37,882 nt of DNA from Octopus sinensis. Taxonomy: Eukaryota. Below, piece after piece: positions 11,020-26,403 of this stretch (position 1 is its first letter; each line of letters starts with the position of its first letter). The translations under genes were made by a program, and so were the position numbers. The notes below the pieces were generated by a model that made no database searches, had not been told where the DNA came from, and was given only the letters and a program-made list of their open reading frames with translations. Location: contig NW_021835855.1 in assembly GCF_006345805.1 (NCBI RefSeq), positions 1 to 37,882 of the forward strand, in the 5' to 3' direction.

Positions 11020-11750
11020 GTATACGAGTATGATACGGGTGGATGAAAGGACTAAGGATTGCAAGTTCTGGAAGCTTTTAACTTGTACATAATGTGACAG
11101 ATAATTTATTCTCCGGAGTTTTCTTTTGTGTTTTAAGGTGGTGTTGAATATTTTCTTTTCTTCTTATTTTGCGAAAGATTAGGAACGAATGGAATGATCT
11201 AAAGCTTTAATGACGTTGATGGAAGGTCCGATGATGTGTGTGGGAGATGTATTTGCTTAAGATGTATTATCTGTGTTACGTTTGTAGCGCAGTGGTTAAT
11301 TGTAGTCGTATCGGTGTGGTTTGGAGAGAAATATCAGTGAGCTGGTGATAACAGAGTTTAGCCTTTCTAGAATTTTTATGTGTATAAAGGGGTAACGGAT
11401 CTGTATGATATCTTTTCTTTTGCGCTCTTGTTAATGTTGCTCAGTTTCTAGATCCTTGGTATTTGATAGTGTTAGGGCAGGTACTTTGCGATATTGGTGA
11501 GGTTTCAGATTCCCTTAGACCTTGGGTGTTTAAGGTATAAGTTAATGATTTTTTAATGACCCTCGTGATCTGAATATATTTTATTGCCTTTTCAGTGCCT
11601 AACACAAAGAACTGGTTAAAACTATGTGCTTGGTATAAATATGTCTATGCTTCTATTTACGTAGTGTGGTTTTCGGAGTTGAATTTTTGAGAAATGTCTC
11701 AGAGTATTTATTTGGTACACTTTTTTAATTGCAGGGTTTAGAGGAAGGAG
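11020..11750 (-). mobile_element. Heavily decayed Penelope-like ORF remnant (RT thumb/linker toward GIY-YIG)
   Basis: Hand translation with stops/frameshifts gives TYLYQAHSFNQFFVLGTEKAIKYI, HPRSKGI.NL..IAKYLP, TLTRAQ and CATNVTQII, resembling PLE motifs (TYL..RHYP..LI..GIEKAK, HNPRN, LLTRAK, CAT.NLIY). Similarity judged from memory only. Confidence 0.45.
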
Positions 11751-11759
11751 TAGCTTCTA

Positions 11760-12130
11760 TGGTTTTCGATCGCCGTTTCTACTGATGCAGTTTGACACAT
11801 GCATGAAACACTTGAGTAGAGTGCGAGTTCTTGAGGTCCGATGTTGTGTCGACAAAAGACTAGGCATCGTGGTTATTGTGGGGCCATGAATTAGGTACAG
11901 ACTTGAATGTAAACGGGCAGAAATGAGTAAGTCATGAGTGCCTGTGTGGGACAGCCTGAAACCAACCAACTCCAAAGAGCAGAGGACATTATTGTGACAG
12001 TAGAAGACGCTGGTAGAAAAAAACAGCACGCCTGTGGAGCAGAGGCTGGGGCGTGTCTAGGAGTGATTTTATGCCAATCAATCGAGTGGCAGTCCGATGG
12101 ATGAGGTCTAGAATAACTACGTATGCAACA
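11760..12130 (-). mobile_element. 3' coding remnant of a CR1/Jockey-group LINE ORF2
   Basis: Minus strand translates LDLIHRTATRLIGIKSLLDTPQPLLHRRAV, then (frameshift) SVFYCHNNVLCSLEL, like the LINE C-terminal motif LD.IQRRA.RLIG....LQPL.HRRAV..L..FY.Y.NGLCS.EL. Confidence 0.7.
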
Positions 12131-12237
12131 CATTCATTTTAAAGAGAGATGTAGTGCGATGATGCTTTCTCGATATGGTTAGTGGGGGTTTTCTTTATTT
12201 CTTTTGTATTATTTTTTGCAGTTCATAGGATACGATT

Positions 12238-12577
12238 AGTGAAGGCGCGTGACTCAGTGGTTAGAGCGTCGAGCTTACGATCGTGAGGTTGCGAATTCGA
12301 ATCCCCGATCGGGCTGCGTATTGTGTTCTTGAGCAAGACGCTTTATTTCACGTTGCTCCAGTTAACTCAGCTGTAGAAATGAGTTGCGACGTCACTAGTG
12401 CCAAGCTGCATCGACTTTTACCTTTCCCTTGGATAACATCGGCGGCATGGAGAGGGGAGGCCGGTATGCATGGGCGACTGCTGGTCTTCCATAAAACAAC
12501 CTTGCCTGGACTTGTGCCTCAGAGGGTAACTCTCTAGGTGCAATCACATGATCAGTCATGACCGAAGGGAGTCTCAG
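12238..12577 (+). mobile_element. tRNA-derived CORE-type SINE
   Basis: A box gtgactcagtggttagagc, B-box-like gcgaattcgaatccc, CORE-like tgtgttcttgagcaagacgctt..cagctgtagaaatgag; 10-bp TSD ggatacgatt at 12228-12237 and 12578-12587. Confidence 0.88.
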
Positions 12578-12764
12578 GGATACGATTCCCGTGGTGGCAC
12601 TAGAGAATGTTTTCGAGGTCTCTGTACATGGAATCAGTTTAGGTTTTACGTGTGGTATTGAGGTTGCGTGTGGTTGATGTGTAGTTGGGAAAGGTTAGGG
12701 AGGAATGAATCAGAGTATCATCAGCGCTAGGGTGGGCGTAATAATAAGTAGATAATTAACGTAT

Positions 12765-13150
12765 TTTGGAAGCATTCCGTCGTTTACGACGATGAGGCTT
12801 CAGGTTGATCCGAATCAACGGAACAGCCTGCTCGTGAAATTAACGTGTAAGTGGCTGAGCACTCCACAGACACGTGTACCCTTAACGTAGTTCTCGGGGA
12901 TATTCAGCGTGACACAGAGATTGACAAGGCCGGCCCTTTGAAATACAGGTACAACAGAAACAGGAAGAAAGAGTGAGAGAAAGTTGTGGTGAAAGAGTAC
13001 AGCAGGGATCACCACCATCCCCTGCCGGAGCCTCGTGGAGCTTTAGGTGTTTTCGCTCAATAAACACTCACAATAAACGGTCTGGGAATCGAAACCGCTA
13101 TCCTATGACCGCGAGTCCGCTGCACTAACCACTGGGCCATTGCGCCTCCA
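12765..13150 (-). mobile_element. SINE family B, tail type 1
   Basis: 12-bp TSD taattaacgtat at 12753-12764 and 13151-13162. Confidence 0.92.
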
Positions 13151-13455
13151 TAATTAACGTATAGAATGAAGAGAGTGGGTGAGATGGACAAAACTGAATC
13201 GTGGGGCAAACCAGAATTGTGAGACAGAAAGAGCTCTGCCTGCACAAGCTGCGATAGTGCGATCTGATAAGAAACAGAAAGAAACAAAAATAAAAGAAAT
13301 GAAACGAGAGACAAATGAAGCATTCAGGCTGGAAGTTTCAATAGGAGATCCGCATTACAGATAGAGCAAAAAACTTTGCTGCTGTCTTGGGTGACAACAT
13401 GACTGTCACCGATTTCCTCGAAAGTCAGACGGCACTATGGGTAATAAAGAAGAGT

Positions 13456-13836
13456 GGAGGCGCAATGGCCCAGTGGTTAGGGCAGCGGACTCGCGGTCGT
13501 AGGATCGCGGTTTCGATTCCCAGACCGGGCTTTGTGAGTGTTTATTGAGCGAAAACACCTAAAGCTTCACGAGGCTCCTGCAGGGGGTGGTGGTGAACCC
13601 TGCTGTACTCTTTCACCACAACTATATCTCACTCTTTCTTCCTGTTTCTGTTGTACCTGTATTTCAAAGGACCGGCCTTGTCACACTCTGTGTCACGCTG
13701 AATCTCCTCGAGAACTACGTTAAGGTACACGTGTCTGTGGAATGCTCAACCACTTGCACGTTAATTCCACGAGCAAGCTGTTCCGTTGATCGTATCAGCT
13801 GGGACCCTCATCGTCGTAACCGACGGAGTGCTCCTA
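13456..13836 (+). mobile_element. SINE family B, tail type 1
   Basis: 14-bp TSD taataaagaagagt at 13442-13455 and 13837-13850; inverted relative to the 12765 copy. Confidence 0.93.
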
Positions 13837-13876
13837 TAATAAAGAAGAGTAAGTCGCTAAAATATCTGGTGGTTGT

Positions 13877-14369
13877 CATCTTCTTCTTCTTCCAATTAGG
13901 ACTCACGCCATTAGCCACAAAGAATAATCTCTAATTCGAGCCTACTCTAAGCTACTAAAAATGCGTGTGGCAACGTGAAGATCCACTCACCACACGCGAT
14001 AGACAGGCGGTTGCACGGGCGCGAAAGCTACGTTGTTATCCTCATTCCGTAAACGGTGGCTTTTAACAGATGGAGAGCTGAACCATCCTGGGGTACATAG
14101 GATTCGCAATCTAGACTAGGGTCTGAAAGTGTACCACACCATAGTGGGTTGCACCATGGTTCCTCTGCTTTGTGGCAGAAGTAGGAAGAAAGAGTGAGAG
14201 AAAGTTGTGGCGAAAGAGTACGGCGGGGCTAACCCCCTCCCCGTCGGAGCCTCGTGGAGTTTAGGTGTTTTTGCTTCATAAACACTCACAATGCTCGGTC
14301 TGGGAATCGAAACCGCGTTCTTACGACTGCGAGTCCGCTGCCCTAAACACTGGGCCATTGCGCCTCCAC
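13877..14369 (-). mobile_element. SINE family B, tail type 3 (long tail ending in (GAA)n)
   Basis: 12-bp TSD tctggtggttgt at 13865-13876 and 14370-14381; head shared with other B copies. Confidence 0.88.
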
Positions 14370-14415
14370 TCTGGTGGTTGTTGCAGTGTGAACGTATTAT
14401 CATTATACAGAACGT

Positions 14416-14625
14416 GAGGACAGCGAACTGGCAGAATCGCTAGCAGGCCGAGCAAAATGTTTAGCGGCATTTCGTCCGTCTTCATGTTCTGAGTTCAAAT
14501 TCCGAGTCGAGGTCGACCTTGCCTTCATCCTTTTGGAGATCGATAAAATAAATAATCTACTAATCACCCCATTTCCACCCTACCCTGCTGAAATTGCTGG
14601 CCTTGTGCCTGCAGCAGAAACTATT
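14416..14625 (+). mobile_element. SINE family C
   Basis: gcgaactggcagaatcgctagc head, gttctgagttcaaattcc, tail gaaattgctggccttgtgcc. Confidence 0.8.
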
Positions 14626-14653
14626 AAATAAGATACGGTGTGCCTTGTGGTTG

Positions 14654-14999
14654 CTGCTATTGCTGTTGCTGTTGAGCGAAGCGGTCTTCGTCCCAGAGTG
14701 GGAGAAGTCCGAAATGTGGTCCTTTGCTATTCGTAAGACCCGCAGAAGAGAAAGCAGGTCAACCATCGACGGATGGATGAATGTGCATCCAGGCTCAGCG
14801 GTTGCGTAGGAAGTCTGGGATAAGAAACAGGAAGAAAGAGTGAGAGAAAGTTGGAGCGAAAGAGTACAACAGGGGTCGGCACCCCACCCCCTGCCGGAGC
14901 CTCGTGGAGCTTTAGGTGTTTTCGCCCAGTCTGGGAATCGAAACCGCGATCCTCCGACCGCGAGTCTGCTACCCCAACCACTGGGCTATTGCACCTCCA
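14654..14999 (-). mobile_element. SINE family B, tail type 4 (ending in CAGCAA repeats)
   Basis: 10-bp TSD cttgtggttg at 14644-14653 and 15000-15009; about 20-nt deletion after the head. Confidence 0.85.
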
Positions 15000-15289
15000 C
15001 TTGTGGTTGGTTGCTGCTGTTGATAATGATAATTCTTTTACATGTTATATATATTCTGTTGAGTGATTTTAAATGGAATACAAATGTTTGCCAGTTTTCT
15101 CTTTTCTTTCGCTCCATTCCATTTCATTCATTTATTTATTTATTCATTTATTTATTTATTTATTTATTTATTTATATTTCAAATTCATTGTTATTTCCTT
15201 GTTTGGTCATTTCTATTCCGGTTGAACGTGGTATTGGTGCGCTGTGGTTGGGGCTGTTTGTAAGTTTTTAAGAGGCTGTCTATCTCTGA

Positions 15290-15505
15290 TGTGTAATTGA
15301 ATCTTTGTATGTCCTGTAATCTATTTTTTCGTTGTTTAAGAAAAATGTCCATTTTCTTGGTTTTGTGTTTATGTTTTCGTTTCTCATTGTGTTCGACGTG
15401 TTTTTGGTGTCCTGTACCCATATATGCATGTATATATATACATGTAGAGGTAGGTACGTACATATATGTATGTATATATGCATATATTTTATTTATTTAT
15501 TAATT

Positions 15506-15510
<5 letters not shown>
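15290..15510 (+). mobile_element. Terminal repeat related to the 25241/26078 repeats (putative Penelope-like pLTR), opposite orientation
   Basis: tgtgttcgacgt.tttttggtgtcctgtac..catgtagaggtaggtacgtacatatatg is the reverse complement of the 25.2-kb and 26.1-kb repeats; runs into (TA)n. Confidence 0.8.
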
Positions 15511-15557
<47 letters not shown>

Positions 15558-15759
15558 TTCTGTCATATTTTTATGGCCGTATCTATAGTTATTTGGTAAC
15601 TATTTGCGCTACAGTGTTTATATTAAGAATGTGGTGCAGATGGATTCTGAAAATCTTGATTTTATTTCTTGTCCCAACTGGCTCCGCTTGACTTTATTTA
15701 TCTATTTATGTATCTATTTATTTATTGTTTACTACTATTTATATAACTATTAGTTTATT

Positions 15760-15960
15760 TATTGAAGCGTATGGAAATGTATTTTGCTCTTTTTATCGCT
15801 GTGTGAGTGAAGTGGAAATATATTCGGTGAGTGATCTCTAGGAAAGCTGGGATGGAATTTACTAAACGATTGCGATTGCTAGTTGCATTGTACAGAATGG
15901 GATATGCATAGAAAAACTAATGTGGTTGTTTGGGTGAAATGTGTGCCTTTGTTTGTAAAA
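15760..15960 (-). mobile_element. Decayed Penelope-like RT-thumb remnant
   Basis: Minus-strand translation includes HIPFCTMQLAIAIV and RIYFHFTHTAIKRAKYIS, resembling PLE NIPF.LARRI.TIV and R.YP..LI..AIKRAK.I. Confidence 0.4.
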
Positions 15961-16166
15961 GTGTAGATTCTACAGGATGTAAATATATGTATAGGAGTTC
16001 AGAATCGATGTTATGCATTATCTTTTTTGTTATGTTAATATTAAAAAAACACAGGAGATATCAAACGCATTGAGACTCCCTCACCACATCTGTCAAGAAA
16101 GGTGTTTTTGAAGGTGCTAAATAATTTTGTAGTGGTGATCTGGTGGAACAGTTAGTGTTCTTGAAT

Positions 16167-16244
<78 letters not shown>

Positions 16245-16416
16245 CATATATATAAAAACCACTATTATGTAATCCAAACAATGATAGACTTACTTCAATC
16301 ATACCATATAGAAATTATATATAATTTCTCTAATTTATATATATTATATATTTATATTGTGAAATTTGATTTAATACTAAATTGAATTTTTGTCTGTAGT
16401 TTGGAGTTATATTCCC

Positions 16417-16485
16417 TATTATTATTATTATTATTATATTATTATTATTATTATTATTATTACATCATCATCATCATCATCATCA

Positions 16486-16540
<55 letters not shown>

Positions 16541-16569
16541 CATTATTATCATTATTATTATTATTATTA

Positions 16570-16646
<77 letters not shown>

Positions 16647-16698
16647 TATCATTATTATTATATTATTATCATTATTATTATTATTATTATCATTATTA

Positions 16699-16732
<34 letters not shown>

Positions 16733-16761
16733 CATTATTATTATTATTATCATTATTATTA
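16417..16761. repeat. Long (ATT)n/(ATC)n microsatellite
   Basis: Direct reading; source of the 234-aa and 140-aa low-complexity ORFs. Confidence 0.95.
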
Positions 16762-17087
16762 TACACACACACACACGCCCACGCACACACACACATAAAC
16801 GCGCACACATATTGTTGGCTTGATTTTATCTGTTTTATCTCAACATTTTTATTAATTTTTTTTTTTTACATATTTTTTCATTCCTGTGTAAGCATCATAA
16901 AATGCATCCCCGTCGCACAATATAAGAGCGCACCTTTTGATGCAAGTCCGATGAAGTGCCGCTCCAATATGATCAACCACAAATATAGCGTAACTTTTCA
17001 CATGAAATCATTGATGTGCATCGAAACAATTGTAACTAATAATAAAGATGTGCTAAATTCATTTTCCGTCTTCTTATTTGGATTAGA

Positions 17088-17193
<106 letters not shown>

Positions 17194-17434
17194 TCAGTGT
17201 GTCTGTTGATTTAATGTTATTGTTTTAAAACAGGGTTAAGAATAACAACAGAACATTTACTGATGCGGAAACTTAATATTGAAACTAGAGTCAAATTTAT
17301 TGTAAAATTCAATTTAACTGGGATTCAGGTTTCACATGACGACTTATTCAGCCATTGGCTTGTTGGATAAGCATCCAGCCGAAACTCAGACTCTTGTCAA
17401 AACGAATTTTATTACATATATACATACATATATA

Positions 17435-17486
<52 letters not shown>

Positions 17487-17533
17487 TGTGTGTGTGTGTG
17501 CGTGTATTTATGTATACATATACGTATATGCGT

Positions 17534-17879
17534 GTGGAGGCGCAATGGCCCAGTGGTTAGGGTTTCGATTCCCAGACCGGGCTTTGTGAGTTTTTATGGA
17601 GCGAAAACACCTAAAGCTCCACGAGGCTCCGACAGGGGGGGGGGGTAATGTGAACCCTGCTATACTCTTTCACCACAACTTTCCTCACTTGTTCTTCCTG
17701 TTTCTGTTGTACCTTTATTTCAAAAGGCCAGCCTTGTCACACTTTGTGTAACGCTGAATCTCCTCGAGAACTACATTAAGGGTACACGTGTCTGTGGAGT
17801 GCTCAGCCACTTGCACATTAATTTCACGATCGGATCAACTAGAACACTCGTCGTCGTAACCGACGGAGTGCCAACAACA
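17534..17879 (+). mobile_element. SINE family B, tail type 1, with 28-nt deletion between the A and B boxes
   Basis: 12-bp TSD acgtatatgcgt at 17522-17533 and 17880-17891; short (CAA)n tail. Confidence 0.9.
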
Positions 17880-18038
17880 ACGTATATGCGTACTTAAATA
17901 TATATATAAATGTATGTACACACACACACACACACACGTGTATATATATATACATACATGCATGCATACATACATACATACAAACATACATACATACATA
18001 CATACATACATACATACATAGAGAAACTTATACATATA

Positions 18039-18576
18039 TTGGGTTGTCCGGAAAGTTCGTGCCGATTTATAGTAGCTTACCTTTCGACTTATTTTAGAAC
18101 GTGTTTGAGTCCATAAAATAGGATTTGACTACACCTCCATTTAGAGCACAGTTTAAGCTATCTTTTCGTGGAAGAAGATTTATGTTCATATAACCCTTTA
18201 CAATGGAAGATAAGAAAGTTCATTTTCGGCTCTTGATGCTTTGGGAATCAAAAAAAATTGCTGCAGCTCGGCTGGAATGTGTTACCACACCCTCCATATT
18301 CACCAGATATTGCTCCTTCGGATTTCCACTTATTCAGGTCTCTTCAGAATAGTAAAAATTTCAATTCCTTGGATGACGTAAAAAGATACCTTGATGAATT
18401 CTTTGCCATGAAACCACCTCAATTCCGGGAAGAGGGTATTTTCAAGTGAAAGGAAAGATAGAGATGCATTGTGCAACAAAATGGTTAATATTTGGCTGAT
18501 TAAAATGTAATGGTTAAGTGTTTATTGACCTTTTTCTTTCCTTTAAAAATCGGCACGAACTTTCCGGACAACCCAA
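18039..18576 (+). mobile_element. Internally deleted mariner (DD34D) transposon
   Basis: Perfect 30-bp TIRs ttgggttgtccggaaagttcgtgccgattt (18039-18068 / 18547-18576), TA on both sides; N-terminus MEDKKVHFRLLMLW at 18203 fused to the C-terminus LGWNVLPHPPYSPDIAPSDFHLFRSLQN... Confidence 0.95.
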
Positions 18577-18965
18577 TACATATACGCTTGCGTGTATGGG
18601 CCGATTATATTAATGCGCTCCGCTTTGCTCGTTTTTAATTTTGACAGCCAGCATTTCTAGTTCTAGGCTGCAAATGTCAATTGTGATATGAGATACGTAT
18701 AGACCATATGCACGATTTTATCTAATTAATCAGGCCACCTCCGCTTTAAAATCGTCAATCTAATCTGATCTGTATATAGTTTGGAATATTAGATGTTCTG
18801 TGCTGAAGTAAAACGTTTCCTGTTCTGTTGCTGCTTGTTTATCACCCGGTCAACCTCGATCGAACTAACTTATGGTCAAATTAATTTCAGCTGGCACAAC
18901 CCACTCACTCCCTTTTATTTATTTATTTATTTTACTTCTTTTTTTTTACTTTTTGGCGATATACA

Positions 18966-19110
18966 AGCGCGAGCGTGGCTCTGACGTTAAGAAGCTCTCT
19001 TTACAACCGCGTGGTTTTGGGTTCAGTCCCATTACACAGCACCATGAACAAGTGACTATTGTTATAACCCTGGGTTCATTGGTAGGCAGAAACTGCGAAA
19101 GCCCGTCTTC
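18966..19110 (+). mobile_element. Old, degenerate family-A-like SINE
   Basis: gcgtggctctgacgttaagaagct..gggttcagtccc..gaaactgcgaaagcccgtc. Confidence 0.55.
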
Positions 19111-19149
19111 TTATTTCTTATTTCGTCCCACGAGATTTAGAGTGTAAAA

Positions 19150-19895
19150 GAGATTAATAGAGAGAGAGGGAGAGGGATGCCGAGTACGGACTAGTTATTG
19201 ACTAACAGACTGACAGAGACAGTGAAGAGTAGGAGGTATTGATTGAAGTAGGATAGGGAGTAGGAGGTATTGAGAAAGAAAGAGCGAGTAAGTGGTATTG
19301 ACAGAGGACGAGGCAAGAGAGATTAGGAAGGGAATAGTGACGGGGGGGAGTGAAGAACTGGGGGCAGGAGTTAGTGTCAGAAAGAGAGAGAGAGAAGAGT
19401 TAGTGTTGTTGACCGGAAGCGAGTAGGAAGTAGGAGGTATTGACAGAGGCAGGGTAGGGAGTAGGAACTACTGAGAGAGAAAGAGGGAGCAAGAGACATT
19501 GACAGGGGACGAAGCGAGAGAGATTAGGGGGAGAGGTAATGACGGGGAGAGTGAAGACTTTTGGGAGTAGGAGTTATTGACAAAGAGAGAGAGAGAGAGA
19601 GAGTGTGTGTGAAGGATAAAAGTTATTGACCGGAAGTAAGTAGGAAATAGGAAATATTGACAGAGAAAACAAAAGATTAAAGAGTAGGAGGTATTGACAA
19701 AAAGGGAGTGCAAGGATTAGGAGATGCTGAAAGAGAGAGTGTAGGGAGTAGGAGGCGTTGACACAGAAGGAATAGGAAATAGGTTGACAATGTGTGGGAA
19801 AGGAAGAGAGAGAGAGAGAATTATGGATTAGGGAGTAGAGGAAAGAGGAAAGCTAAGGAATAGGTGTTGAGAGAGAGAGAGACAGAGACAGAGAC

Positions 19896-19934
<39 letters not shown>

Positions 19935-19956
19935 AGAAAGAAAGAGAGAAAAATGA

Positions 19957-19992
<36 letters not shown>

Positions 19993-20090
19993 GGGAGGGA
20001 GAGAAAAAGGAATAGGAGATTTGAGAGAAAGTAGGAAGTAAGAGGAATTGACAGATAGAAAGACAGACAGACAGACAGAAAGAGACAAAA
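19150..20090 (+). repeat. Purine-rich degenerate minisatellite grading into (GA)n/(GAAA)n/(GACA)n
   Basis: Recurrent gagtaggaggtattgaca-like motif, with an internal block of about 200 bp duplicated. Confidence 0.8.
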
Positions 20091-20489
20091 GCAGCATACT
20101 TCAGAGCACGCGCGCGAATGTCGGCGTGCGTATGCGCATGTGTGTGGGGGATTGCCTGTGTGTGTTAAGCTCCTGTGTACTTTGTGTACGTTCGCAGACA
20201 GATGCGTATCGATCTATCGATCTTACCAATCTATAGATCAATGTATTAATTCAGATAGAATCTATCTTCGTGTATGTGCGACCGTGCGTGTGAGGAACAA
20301 AGATGGAAAGAAAAGAGGGTCTGAATTATGTAAAGGAAGCGGTAAATGCTGATATTGAATATGTATATATGCGTATGTGTAGATATTTAAGGCGTGTATA
20401 TGTGTATATGTGCATGTACATGGGTTAGTGTGAAAAGGGTGGACACATAGATATGTGAATAGATAGATTAACATGTCGGTAGCTAATTA

Positions 20490-24599
<4,110 letters not shown>

Positions 24600-25240
24600 T
24601 GACCTGGTTGACAGACCAGTTAAATAACCTCAAAAGACACACACCTGTTTCTTTAAAAGCGTTGAATCACATTGACCAGTGCTGTTCCTGGTTAGCAAAA
24701 AGATGAGGTAGCTACTGTCAGAACACACTTGATCATAGGTAAGTTGGACCAGTGCCAACATGATAGCCAATTACTTGCAGAATACCTGCTATGCATGCTA
24801 AATTTTTGCTGTTTCTCGGCCCACAAGTTCCAACAAGCAAAATTTAGTGAATATAGATTTTTGTTCCAGAACATTCTACCAATGACTACTCCATCTGTTT
24901 TTCGGGTACCTTTTCTCTTTGGTGCATGCGTGTGTGTGTGTGTGGTGCGCGCGCGTGTTAGTGTGTGCGAGTGTGAAGATTCATTGAGTAAACTAGGTTA
25001 ACATAATCGAATGCATTCTCTCATATTTCAAAGCAGTAGGAGGTGATTGGTGATAATTCGCCTGTTACATCTCGTTGGCCGAGCCAATTTCTTGAATGGT
25101 TCAAACAATCTGAATTATGAAGAACGAATGCGGGGATCAATGAGACAAATCGATTATGGATAAATAGTTTAGAAAGCTCAATAGTGGACGGTACATAAGA
25201 TTCAAGACGCTGAAGTTTGTATATATATATATATATATAT

Positions 25241-26279
25241 ATATGTTAATAAAATAGAACATATGCATATATATAAACATATATGTACGTACCTACCTCT
25301 ACATGTACATATACACACATATATGTGTACAGGACACCAAAAAGACGTCGAACACATAGAGAGACGAAAAACATAGACACAAACCAAGGAACAAGACAAG
25401 CAAAAAAAGAGATACAGAACAATAAGCACAACGAAAAATCCCCTTCTTCATTCGCTAAGGTTTCATCTACTAACGTTTCGAAGGATAAAAGCGAGACGTA
25501 TACTTCGAAGAAAACTTCCTTCCTGCGAAAAGCAAATCAATTAAAATTCTGAGATCTTTCGCAGAGGGGTAAAAAAAAGGCAAGACGGTAACGACAGTAC
25601 AAACATATAAACAGTAAAAAATATATATGTAAACAGTGGAAAAATAAATATATAACAGTGAGAGACAGGACAAGGAGAACAAGATAAGAAGGGCTGTTAA
25701 CGCCAGACGAAAAAGTATTGCAAACGCTGGATTATAGTGGACGACGAGAGAGAAAGAATGTCGACCAGTAGCCTTAAAAGGCGGGCGAGAAAAGACAGGG
25801 GTAGCAGTTACGACGGAAGTATCGTCGCAGATGGACGACGGGAAGGGGGAGGAGGAATCAAGAGGAAGAGAGAGAAGAAGGGGAATGGTGCGAGGAGACC
25901 ATGAACAGTGAGGGGGGAGAGAGAGAGAGGAAGAGACAAGTTAAGTGAGGGAAAAAAGACGAAAAAAGGATGGGAGAGAAAGAAAGAAAGATGCAGAGTC
26001 GCGTGAGAGTTAATATCAAGGCTAACTTGATAAACAGAACAATCTTACTTAATAGGGTGCGTGCGTTTAGTCGTATAATATGTTAATAAAATAGAACATA
26101 TGCATATATATAAACATATATGTACGTACCTACCTCTACATGTACATATACACCATATATGTTACAGGACACCAAAAAAAACGTCGAACACATAGAGAGA
26201 CGAAAAACATAGACACAAACCAAGGAACAGACAAGCAAAAAAAGAGATACAGGACAATAAGCACAACGAAAAATCCCTT
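25241..26279 (-). mobile_element. Non-autonomous element with about 200-bp direct terminal repeats (Penelope-like pLTR structure)
   Basis: 25241-25445 and 26078-26279 are near-identical direct repeats around a 630-bp purine-rich non-coding core; (TA)n on both sides; no TG...CA LTR ends seen. Strand is tentative. Confidence 0.7.
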
Positions 26280-26283
26280 ATAT

Positions 26284-26316
<33 letters not shown>

Positions 26317-26356
26317 GTATGTATATATATATATTATGTATATAATCATATATAAT

Positions 26357-26403
<47 letters not shown>

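Noticed and set aside
13456-13530. tRNA-like sequences at SINE heads (also 9660-9735, 10498-10570, 12241-12315)
   Set aside because: A and B boxes are present, but they continue into SINE bodies bounded by TSDs and lack a proper 3' acceptor stem; not tRNA genes.
19820-19835. TTAGGG-like motifs in the purine-rich minisatellite (interstitial telomere?)
   Set aside because: Isolated single occurrences, no tandem telomeric array.
24697-24745. Short exon candidate ending AG|GTAAGT (QKDEVATVRTHLII)
   Set aside because: Weak acceptor and no homology I can recognise; needs RNA data.
25455-25520. ttcgaaacgtt motif on the minus strand near the terminal repeat (possible hammerhead)
   Set aside because: No CUGANGA and no stem I partner found.
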